A stretch of DNA of 55,758 nt, filler included, from Platydemus manokwari (lineage: Eukaryota): assembly GCA_037951405.1 (NCBI GenBank). It is 5 parts of 5 records of this genome, joined end to end, with 100 filler letters (N's around TTAATTAATTAA, not from the genome) between each part and the next. Parts side by side here need not be neighbours in the genome. Positions count along the whole stretch, not along the records: positions 36,154 to 46,251 come from JBBMOY011169767.1; positions 46,352 to 55,758 come from JBBMOY011253874.1; 3 more parts are not named here. One strand, 5' to 3'. Positions 41,289-52,509 of the stretch are shown here, piece after piece. Under the pieces are notes generated by a model, which did not search any database, was not told the DNA's origin, and was given only the letters and a program-made list of their open reading frames with translations. Position 1 is the first letter of the stretch; each line of letters begins with the position of its first letter. Both the position numbers and the translations under genes were made by a program.

Positions 41289-42432
41289 GTAAGTACAATA
41301 TTTTTGCAGAATTGTTTATTAGTATTAAATTATAATTATGAATTTACTTTATTTTTTAAATATTCCTTTGACCGAAGTACATGAATTTTCACTGAGAAAC
41401 ACTAACTTTGTAAACTAAATATTATATCGATAGAATGACGATAAAAGTAGGCTATTCGAGATTTTTGAATATGGCAATCGCGTTAAATATGGGTGTTGCA
41501 AATGAAATGAAAGTTGTTTTAAACTATCATTTTTAAAGAAATCAAAGAGTTTTAACATCAAAAATAATGACACTCCAATAAATTATGTACTTTTCTTAAT
41601 TTTTCACAACATCTTTCAATATTCATACCAGTGTTTTGATTTCATTTTAGTGCTATCTTGACAGTCTTTGCGGTGTGTGGTCTAGTATTGTCTTGAAGGA
41701 GTGAAACCCATCAACCGAAGCGACTTCAAATCACAAATCATATTTTCAACTATTACTCTGCATACCCGAAAGTCATATTTTCTCAGAGGTTCTCTAACTT
41801 AGGCCTCGTACATCTCGATTAGTGTTTAAGAACAAAAAGTGTCGTTGAGATCCAAATTATCATGTCCCTTTCATACACGCACAATTATCTCGGGAATCCT
41901 CACTCGCTTTTGATCTCGCATTAAGGTAAAATAAGGTGTCAAAAATTCGTATTTGTGTCTACTTTACAATCAATTTTACGATTATCAAAAAGACAAAAAT
42001 AATTTAAGTAAAAACAATTACTTAAAACATGCATAACATAAGCTTTTTAATAGTATATAACACTTCGCCAAACATCAAAAATTATTCTTGGAATTAATAG
42101 TTTTATGAGCTGTAAAAGCTAAAGCAACGATAGAATTGATTGAATAAATTAATAAAACTAACTAGGACTAACTAGCTGGTATTAATTCTCTATATAATCG
42201 TATCTAAGCTTCTCCGAAATTGAACTTATTTTTTTTAATTACATCAATTTCTATAGAAATATTGAATTTATTAACAAAATTTAATAAACAGTGAGGTAAA
42301 AAAATGAAAATCTCAAGGTATTTCAAATAAAGATTTCCAAAAATAAAGTGCAGATTTTTCTAACACCATTTGATAAATATGTATATTATTTGATATTTTT
42401 AAAGAAAATTTTAAAAATTGATTTATAAATAG

Positions 42433-42471
42433 GTTCGACAGAATATGTAGACAGATCCAAACTTTTACAAG
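42433..42471 (+). CDS. Micro-exon gene, exon J (39 nt, paralogue of H)
   Basis: aaatag / AAG-gtgatt; (S)STEYVDRSKLLQ. Confidence 0.65.
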
Positions 42472-42886
42472 GTGATTATTGTTCATTTTTGTTTGATAAA
42501 ATAAAATTATAATGTATTGCGGTATAAAGATACAGACCTGAGGATGTAGTAGATTAAAATGGTTACCTATTCAAATACACTATTCATTGAAATATTTGAA
42601 GTTGTATTTTAAGTTCTCTAAGACACTGATAAGTATCATGATTTATTATAAGTATTATAAGAAAAAAAGATGATAAATAATTTTAGATATACTCAGTTTG
42701 GAAATTATATTAATTAGCGCGGGACATAAACTGTATTGGATTTTGTTTATTTAATAGTAGTGAAAATTCAATGTTTGGCAGTTTATTTTTTATTTTTATA
42801 CTATTTTAAATACTATTATACTATGATAAATAAATATTTTTATTCTAAAATATTATATTGACTAAGAAAGTTATTTTGTAATTTAG

Positions 42887-42925
42887 CTATCACCCGGTCT
42901 TACAAAAAATGTAACAAGATCAAAA
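42887..42925 (+). CDS. Micro-exon gene, exon K (39 nt, paralogue of E with a 9-nt in-frame indel)
   Basis: aatttag / gtatat; (A)ITRSYKKCNKIK. Flanks resemble 39595-39720. Confidence 0.6.
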
Positions 42926-43329
42926 GTATATTTTTATTTTATTTAAATGGTCATTTAACTTATTTAATTCTATTTATTCCATTCTAAAATTTATTAATTC
43001 AAATAACGTGCAAAATACCAAGCTTATTTCATGTATTTTTATATTATGTAAGAAAAATATGTTATTGTTTTCTTCATATAACATCTTTGGTGTTATATTT
43101 ATTTAAATAATTTAAGATCTTGCAAATTTTGGTGGAATTAATTTTCTTAAACCTATCCTCGGTTTGTATTTTCATTGAAATTGTGTAATAATTTAAAATC
43201 ATTTCATTGAGAGACATTGATTTCGATTCTTATAATATTTTTTTAGATTTTTAAATACTAAAAGAAATTTGATGAATTTTTCTGAAATTTGATGGACTTT
43301 CTAAGAAAATTTCCACACTAGGTTTGAAT

Positions 43330-44210
43330 GAAATCAGATTCTTACCACTTTTGTTATTAATCTACAATTTTATAACCCGATATTGATTTATCTTCATCTT
43401 ATATTGAATCCAACAGGTAAGGTTGGAATTCCTCTAATTTCTTATTTCATTGTTGTATTTTGTTACTTTGAAATTTTTAGAGTTTAACGTTTTATTTTCA
43501 AATTCCAGAGAATTATCAAAAAATCTCATTATGAAATTCTTATAATATTATTTCAAAAGTAGGTCCTCCGTTTCTCTGTCTATTTTAAAGGTTTACCATT
43601 ATTCCGTTGATTAAGCTGCACATGTCTTTTGTTACAATTCTGCAAAATTATTTGTCCTCAACTACTCAAGCATTGATTCTGCTCACATCTTCATGAATAC
43701 ATTTAAAATAATCATCGTCTGATTTCTGGTACAAATATAATAGATTCTTGAATATATATCCTAATAATCTCTATTAATTCTCTGCAAACATTTTGAGGAA
43801 TTTTTCTTCCTAATCTTCTATATAGCTTCTCTATTCATCTACTGCCTCTTCATTCTTTCGCAAATATTCTTTTTAATTTCTCTCCATCATCCAAATCTAC
43901 CACAGCTATTACTTTTTCACAGATATTATTATTTTCTATTTTCATAATAGATTTTTCTTTATATTTGACATCAATTACCTGCTTCGATGAGTGTATCCCT
44001 GAGTTGCAATTAAATTATTCTAATTGTATTTTACTTCTTGTATCTCTCTCTCTTATTTTGATTCTTCTACAGTTTCATCATATATTTGTTTTACACTTCT
44101 TATTCCGAGAGAATATTGTTTGTATTATTATTGTTCCTGTGATTACTAAATGTTCACTGGGTTCCATCTTGCAATATATGACTGTTTATCATTTTACTCG
44201 ATTCAAAAAA
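43330..44210 (-). mobile_element. Highly decayed Gypsy-like pol remnant, antisense in intron K-L
   Basis: Purine-rich minus strand with broken reading frames loosely resembling the RNaseH-integrase junction (...IFSR, VPEIRR, GGP). Many stops. Confidence 0.35.
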
Positions 44211-44558
44211 TGAGGATATAATTCTTTTTATTTTTCTTCTCATGTTGTCTTGATAATTAAAGACTTAATTCCTTAATTTTCGGAAAAATTGTGGAATTTA
44301 TATAATTAATTGAATAAAGTATTAATATAACAAACTAGTTTATCCAATCTTAATTAAAAACATTTATAAAAATTTTTAATTTAATAATAAATTTATTTAA
44401 CGACGAAACAAAGAAAAAATTAGAATATATGTATCAAGTAAAGATTTTTAAAAATAAAATTGGGGATTTTCTAAGCAGCATTTATTAAACTTGTGGAGAA
44501 TTTGTTATTTTTAAATAACCATATTTTAAATTCGTTTTAAATATTGATTTAATAACAG

Positions 44559-44597
44559 GATTCACAGAACCTACGAGAGAAACTCTACCTTCAGAAG
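44559..44597 (+). CDS. Micro-exon gene, exon L (39 nt, paralogue of H/J)
   Basis: ataacag / AAG-gtgata; (R)FTEPTRETLPSE. Confidence 0.65.
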
Positions 44598-44768
44598 GTG
44601 ATATTTATTCATTGTATTTTGATTAAATAAATTTGCAAGTTACTTCGGTATAAAGGCCTATCAAACACTTATGAGGACTATTAGGTTCTCGTTAGTTAAC
44701 AAAATATGATGATAAAGTTTCGATCATGAAAAAAAAATCTACATATAAAAAGAAATATTACATTTCAG

Positions 44769-44810
44769 ACGTCGTCAGTAGAGGTTGGTATGAACGTTTA
44801 AAGAATAACA
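44769..44810 (+). CDS. Micro-exon gene, exon M (42 nt)
   Basis: catttcag / gtaaaa; (D)VVSRGWYERLKNN. Confidence 0.6.
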
Positions 44811-45112
44811 GTAAAAATTGTAACGAATAAATAGTTTTTATCAAAATTGCTTTGAGTAAAAATCTTACAAACATAATTATATACACAGCTTTAATTTTAG
44901 AAATGGACATAATATTTTGATAATATTTTTTAAATTTCCTTCATTGAAATATATTATGTATTGAAAATATATATTATTGTGAAAATACTTTCAAATTGAA
45001 ATTTTAAGGCGTCGTGACAATAAATTTATAAAAATATAAACGAATTTTATAAAAATTTCTAAATTAAGCCTCATATTGCTAGTAATCATGTCTATAATTT
45101 TTGTTTTGTTAG

Positions 45113-45201
45113 AGAGCCATAAACCAAAAGGAAATCAACGTTGTGTATCACTACCATTGAAAGGTTGCAAAGTGGATAGCAGATATTTCCTTGATGCTTA
45201 G
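45113..45201 (+). CDS. Micro-exon gene, terminal exon N (paralogue of I, reads through to TAG)
   Basis: ttttgttag; (K)SHKPKGNQRCVSLPLKGCKVDSRYFLDA*; AATAAA at 45271-45276. Confidence 0.65.
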
Positions 45202-46060
45202 AATATAAATATTGATTCACTTTAATTTTAAATATTACTTTTATGAAAATGCATCAATTTTGAAAAAACCAATAAATTTGTAAAATATATATTTTTGCAA
45301 TTCAAAAGAAATTCAATCAAATTTATACTGCCTTCTCAGTTTGCATTAATTAAATTTAAAATAATTTTAAAATCCTGTGTATTGTATTGAAAATACATAA
45401 AATCTTCAAAAATTTAATATTAAATTAAGTATTCATTTGTGATGAATAAAAAGTTTATTAACAATGAAAGGCTTATATTGTCATTCAATAAAAAATAATT
45501 TTTAGAATAGGTTATAAAGATAATTCTTATGCAGAAGTTTATTTAATGTAATATGTACAATGATTTAAAATATTAAACAGCCTACTGAGAAAATAGATCT
45601 TTAAATATTGTGAATATATCATCTCTGTTCATTCGTCTTTTAAATTTCTAGTCCACACTAAAATAATATTAATATAAGCAATCTCGTCTTTTTAGATAAG
45701 GAATACCAACCGTTTAATCATAATGTTTTAAAGAATAACTGGAATACTCCCGAAAAACTAATTTAAAACAACATTGAAAATAAAGTCATTGTCAGTGGTA
45801 GCTACTTCATTCAAATTTTGAAATTAGTGAGAATGATAATTTAAATGATTTCAGGAAATATGTATTTATTATTATTTAAATTTATTATTATTGAATTAAT
45901 ATATTTTAATGAAAATATAAAATAAAAATCCTGAAAATCTACTTTAAATTGCCTCTAGCTTCATTGTTCAATTATTCACAGAGATCTATATTTTCATGAA
46001 AACTTGCATTTTGCTATAAAACACTTTATCTACTGAAATTTAGTAATTTTTATCCATATA

Positions 46061-46423
46061 TTGGGTCTATAACTTAATAACCGGTATTTGAACCCAGATG
46101 TAAACACTTGTGTGTGTGCTGTCGCAAATCATTAACATACACGTCATTTTGAAGCTTTATTCATAAGCTATCACAATCAGTCAACATTGTTTGATTTGTT
46201 TATACGCATCATATTTGTTTTAATTATGGAACATTTTGAAAATTGGCGAAANNNNNNNNNNNNNNNNNNNNNNNNNNNNNNNNNNNNNNNNNNNNTTAAT
46301 TAATTAANNNNNNNNNNNNNNNNNNNNNNNNNNNNNNNNNNNNNNNNNNNNTAAGATCTTCAATTTAATATTTAAAAATGAAAAGCCAATTTAAAAAAGG
46401 CCATTATTTTTGCACCAACCTAA
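46061..46423 (+). mobile_element. mariner copy 3 (both ends; interior in gap)
   Basis: TA-TTGGGTCTATAACTTAATAACCGG ... GGCCATTATTTTTGCACCAACCTAA-TA. The 5' UTR matches copies 1 and 2; ATG near 46226. Confidence 0.85.
46252..46351. other. Assembly spacer (44N-TTAATTAATTAA-44N)
   Basis: Same fixed spacer. Confidence 0.95.
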
Positions 46424-46857
46424 TATATCAAACTGTATTTTATTATTATTTAAAGTTACTATTTAATCTTTATATAATTTTATGTTTGGAAAACTATTCC
46501 AGCTACTTTGTAAAAATTTACATGTTTATTTTACCGGATAATAATAGAAAATTATGAACTTCTTAAATTTAATATTAAATTGATCGTGTAGCAGTTATTG
46601 GAGGCTTTGCTTGTAGTCGTTTTTATTTATCTACTTTAATTCTATCCATTATATCGTTCTAAGAGGCACTGGGATGTCTATAAGAAATTACCTCCTATGA
46701 TATTATTATATCGTCTTTAAGAACAACCTATATAGTTCCACGAGAAAAAATCTTGTTGAGAATTGAGAATTTCATGTAATAATTTTTTCCTTTGAAGAAT
46801 GGTTTTGGTAATCGAATATTTATAGCCTTTGAATTATCCTTAATTTTTCACTTTCAG

Positions 46858-47449
46858 AAAAAATACTCTTCTGGTTAACAACATCATCGGCATCATGGGA
46901 GGAGGCTGCAATTTGATAGTTATGTGGACTAAGAGTAAGGTGAATATGTTCATCGGTCGATTGGTGTTAGGATTTAATGCTGGAATAACTACTGGTGTTG
47001 CTCCAGTTTTTCTCGCTGAAATTTCGCCAACGGTTATTCGTGGATCAGTGATTGCTGGGCATCAGTTATGTATAACACTCGGAATTACAATTGCCTACTT
47101 TACAACGATGAAATTGACTCTAAACACCGATGATTTCTGGATTGGAGCCCTAGCTTTGCCAATGGTTCCATCAGCATTGTCATTCGCATTATTGTTTTGT
47201 GTACCAGAAAGTCCCCGACATCTTTTAATTCTTCGTCATGATAATGTAGCTGCAATCAAATCCTGTTTTCGATATAATCAGATTCAGAACACTTCTGATC
47301 AATTAAAAGAAATGCGAAACGAAGCAGAAATTATTTTGGAAGCGAAGGCTTTTAAATTTTTTCATCTTTTCTCCAAGAAAGAATTCAGAAAAGGAATCTT
47401 TGTTTCTTTGGCAATCAATGCTATGCAGCAATTATCTGGAATAAATGCG
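46858..47449 (+). CDS. SLC2A-like: SLC2A/GLUT facilitative sugar transporter, internal exon (TM3-TM7)
   Basis: ctttcag / GCG-gtcagt. Motifs FIGRLVLG, PVFLAEISP..RG, PESPR and QQLSGINA. Confidence 0.95.
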
Positions 47450-47803
47450 GTCAGTAAAATTATTTTTATTCATGAATTTCTTTATTTACCGATAAATAAT
47501 TGGAATCAATGGTGTACTACTGATAAATTCTATCACTAATGATTTGTGGAATTACCATGGTTAGTTATTAAAATTAATCGGGAATGATTAATTCAGAATT
47601 GCTTAAAAGTCTTTAATGGGGTTTCTTTTTTCAACCCACCTAATGTAGCTTGAATTTATTTTAATCTCGTTAATTCTTATGCAAATTAAAGATTATTTTA
47701 AAACCGCTGTTAAATTACTACTCTCTAATATATCAAATTATCAGTAGTGAGTTATTTCATGATATTATTTTTAAACATTCCTAAAAAAATTTTAATAATT
47801 TAG

Positions 47804-48235
47804 ATCATTGGATATTCCAAGAGCATTTTGCTCGAAACCCGTTTACCCGAAAACTTTGCTGAATACTCGGTGCTTGGCATTGGAATTTTAAATTTCATCA
47901 TAACCGCGATTTCAGTTCCTTTAATAGAACATAAAGGTCGGCGGAATCTTCTCATCTATTCAACTATCATTTGCATATTAGCCTTAGTTGGAATATTTAT
48001 CACGATAGGCATTGTTCCGAATTATTTACAGCCTCATGATGAAATGTTACAGCTCATTTCTCTTGGATTCATTTGCATATTCATACTTTGCTTTGCACTG
48101 GGAATGGGCCCGATTCCTTCCATCGTTGTTGCGGAGATGTTCACTCAAGTACCACGAGCAGTTGCTTATTCGATGTGCCTAGGAGTTCAGTGGACTTGCT
48201 CTTTTATTATTCTTTTTGGTTATCCTTTGGTAAAC
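47804..48235 (+). CDS. SLC2A-like: SLC2A/GLUT exon (TM8-TM11)
   Basis: aatttag / AAC-gtaagg. IIGYSKSIL..., IEHKGRR, FALGMGPIP..VVAEMF..PR, QWT. Confidence 0.95.
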
Positions 48236-49291
48236 GTAAGGACTCTTATTATATGGATTATATCTCGAATTATTCAATTACTTAGTGCTACTTGAATTAA
48301 AAATCGAGGATAAACTACTTTCTTGAACTTAATTGACTCCTTCCTAACTTCTGTTTCTCTAAAAGTTTCGTAACACTTAAGTAGAGTGCTAAAGATACAT
48401 ATACATGTCCAATATCTGGTTTCAAAATAACAACAATTTATCACCTCTAGTTACCAACTTAAACCCGGTGATTTGTTCCTAAATTTGATTTGGTGGCTCA
48501 GAATCCAGACCGTAATGTGCCATCATTTCATTCCAAAGATACGGTACACTACTCTAAAAACTTACGGCTCACACTTAACACACAAAGTCAAAGCTAAATG
48601 ATATTGTATTGCCTTTATTTATAGAATAGTTCGTCACATTCTCTGATGTTTTATGATTTAGAGTTCACAATTGGCTTGATTTTCAAATTTCCAAATATTC
48701 GTTTTAAATTTCTGCTTAATCGATAATGAACATACTTGAGTTTTTAAATGCTTAATCATGGCTTTCAATGTTAATTAAAGATTGCATTTTCTATCTTTAA
48801 TAATTCATTTCGATTATTATTGATCTATTATCGATTTAACTTAACAACTTAATTTGTCCCATTTGTACTTTAACTCTTTTATTAATTATTTTAAGAATTC
48901 TTCCAGATGAAACAGAATATCGGAATTATTTTATCAATTAATATTGGATGAGATCATGACGATTGAAACTGAAAAATGAAATCAATTATTTATAAATTTC
49001 AATATCTATTTATAGGGCCGTGATATTCAGAAATATTCGATATATAATTTTACACTGAATTAGCTGAAAAATAATAAAAAAATAATGAATTGTCATAACC
49101 CGGACATTATTATTATATAAAATTTTAAGTGTTTTGGCATTTTGTACTTCACCAATGGACCAAACCTACGGCTATTGCACTCATGTTCACTCATGGCGCC
49201 GGTTTTCATTGGATTTCGATTCATTAACGATTCATTACTAGATTTATTATCATTATAATTATTTCAGTTGTCATTATAAAATCATTTTCAG

Positions 49292-49462
49292 TCACATCTT
49301 CCACCGGGATATGTCTTCATTATGTTTGCGGGATTTACAACGGTTTTCTTGATTTTTCTCATTATTTTCATGCCAGAAACAAAAAATCAAACATTTAGTG
49401 AAATCACTGAACGCCTCCAAAAGAAAAATGAAAAACTGGCAAAACTTAACACTTTATTTTAA
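49292..49462 (+). CDS. SLC2A-like: SLC2A/GLUT last exon (TM12, PETK)
   Basis: ttttcag; SHLPPGYVFIMFAGFTTVFLIFLIIFMPETKNQTFSEI...LNTLF*; AATAAA at 49475-49480. Confidence 0.93.
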   Translation, partial: SHLPPGYVFIMFAGFTTVFLIFLIIFMPETKNQTFSEITERLQKKNEKLAKLNTLF

Positions 49463-51303
49463 TTGTTGAGATTTAATAAAAAAAATTTGTTTTATTATTC
49501 AATATTAAAGCTATTGGATGAGAGCTATCTATTTGTGATGGCAATAAAAGGCAAAGTCTACTTCGTTTCCAATTCTTAGATACTTTTAATTTCGATTCCA
49601 GCATTTTGTGATTTTATGCCTTGTTCTTGTCTGCTTAAATTTTTCATTCTTTTTTATAATCTCCCCGTCCATCTCGAGACGTTGTGTATGTACGTGAGTT
49701 TGAAAATACACTTATTTCGCTTTATTATTTTCGATTGGTTTATTAAATGTGTATATATGATTGTATCATTGTCGATGTTTTGGGACTTGCAATGGTGTTT
49801 TTTAAGGTTTCCTGAAATTCATTTTTAGTAATAGACTTGTTAAACTTTAACAATATTTCCCGATAAACGCTAACCACATTTAACTAAAATAAATAAATGA
49901 ACCCCAGAAAATTGACCAGATTGATGTGTGATAACAGTGTAGGCACAAAGCTATTTTGTTATGAGATTCATTTCTAAATATTCTACAAAACAAATAATAA
50001 TCACCGTCTTTATTGTCTTCTAAGCGACTTTATTTTAGCCATTAGAAATATAAATAAATTATTACATTGTGTCAATGAGGAAGTGACAAACAAACCTGGA
50101 AAAATTATGGTTAAAGATTTACATAATTTACAATAAATAATTTCAAATTTATATTTACTTCTCATTCTTTTAATTTTTAAAATACATGTGTTACTTTTTG
50201 TGGTCACTGCTTGTATTTCTTTAATTTTTTATTATTTGATTTGACAGAAATCTACGACTTAATCAGATCTCACAGCCCGTTTTGATCCTCAGATAGTAAT
50301 ATGATCTATATTCTTTGATGTTGCTTCGCCTCGACATTCTCAACTTATATGGAGTTAGGCGGACCTGCGTAGAAATCAATTTAATTGAAGTGTCTGAACG
50401 ATGTTATTGGTTTTACCAGCAGTCTCTATTGATTTAATAATGCACCAAAATAACCTCAAAAAGGTGAAGAACGATATTAAGATACTTAGTGATGTTTTTA
50501 TGAGCCTTGTCAAAACTAATTTTTAACACTAAAATATGTATTAAAATTAAATATTACAATTTTAGTAATTTTATACACTTATAAAAGATTTAATACTGTT
50601 ATACAAAAATAATTTTTAAGCTACACATAAACGTTGGAATTAATGTCCAATTCATGGAAGCGGATCGTGGACCAACGAAATCCTTCATGACTATTGGGTA
50701 AACGTCCTTTTCAAGAGGGTTTTCCGAGCTTGGCTCGATATATAAGAATAATATGCGATATAAATATTAATATATGATTTTGGATGTGTTACGTTCGGGC
50801 CTTATTGAATTATTTGTTTTACTAACCTTAATCCTATTTGATACCACTACTGACTTAATCAGTCTCTATGAGTTCTTGATTAAGGCCACAGGTGTAATAT
50901 ACCTTATATTGTTGTTCTTTTACCTCGCACAGCCTTATTATGTGATGACAATAGGTGTGGCAGTAGTGATATATTTTAGTCCACTTAACTATCAGTCTCA
51001 AATTTATTTACTTAAACTATTAACTATATTTTTACAATAATTTCACGAACCCAATTGATTAATAACTAAGACTTTAATGCTACAAATATTTATTAAATAT
51101 GACACCAATACTAATTAACAAACATAAAACAAATAAAATAAAAGATTAATGTTAAAACTACACTATACATAAAAATGTTTTCAAGACTGCTTACAATTTC
51201 AAGATGATAGCGGTTTATAACTCCTTCTCTTGGATTAAAACCGATTACCAAAGATGTTTGAGCAACAAACTCTTTAGTATAAAATACAAGATACAGTATA
51301 TAA

Positions 51304-51355
51304 CAGAAGTGGCCAACTTTTGTGTACGTAAGATCGACTTTTCATTTGAATAATA
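51304..51355 (-). mobile_element. One-ended copy of the 26295-26399 hAT MITE
   Basis: CAGAAGTGGCCAACTTTTGTGTACGTAAGATCGACTTTTCATTTGAATAA is the reverse complement of the MITE right half, with 3 mismatches. Confidence 0.85.
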
Positions 51356-52509
51356 TTTTAGGTCTTCTAGCAAATGTCGGGCATACACAGGAAAATTGAT
51401 CTTCAGCGCCTGATGGTCTTCTTCAGTGCGTCGAATGGAAATTTGAATGATGGCTCTTCTCCACTTGATGTAACGTCGTCTATAGAATCGTGGCAGCGAA
51501 AATAATGGCAGCAATATTGCGTCTAATTGTGTTGAAAAATTTATGTCCGTGAAAAATAATAGCAGTGTTTATTGAAATCACTGCCTTATATAGACAGTGA
51601 ATCACTCGCAGATATGGTCTGCGATTAAATTTAATGCCAGTGAATATTTATTATTTTATCGATAGAATTTATTCACTGGTGAGAGAAATTATCTCCGAAT
51701 AAATTTATTAGGCAGAGAAAATATCTATAGATTAAATTTAATCGAGTGATATATTTTATTCTGCTATAGAATTTTCATGTCCAGAAACAGATGATAATTT
51801 ATTTGTCGCTGTTAGTGAGCGATAACCTATTAAGTATTAATATTTTATAAATTAACTTATTATTTTTAGAGATCGATGGATTTGATATTGGTAATTTAAT
51901 TGGTATTATAATTTTACATATATATAAATAATAATTATTATAAATATCAATATTTCAGAATAGTTGTTGCTCGAAAATCAAAGAGAAATAAAATCATAAA
52001 AATACATACTGATTAAATAAAATTTAATACAATAAAAATTAATACACATTTTATACGTACTGTTGTACAGATGTTACACACATATTTTTCAATGTAAATT
52101 AATTGTTTTAAATAACTAGTTGGGCCAGAACCCAAAAGTTTATTAAAACTTTGAAAAGTATGACGTGGCAACATTTTACTTTTGTTGGAAATCAAAAATG
52201 GAATCATTATTTATTACAAAGTGCTGTCAATAAATATAATGATAAAGTTCACCCAAATATTGGTGTAATTCTAAAAACCGCAAATCAAATGAGAAGAACA
52301 ACAATAATATTATTTTCCTAAGACCAAGGGAATTTCAAAATAAAAGACATTCTACCGCAGATAAATTTTATGCCAACAATGCTGATTATTCACAATACTT
52401 AGGCGGATATTATCATAAATATCCAGAAGAAGAAATTCGGTTAGAAACATTCGCTTCGGCCTCAATCTATTTGTCACCTTAACAAAAACATAATTCCCAA
52501 AAAGATTAC

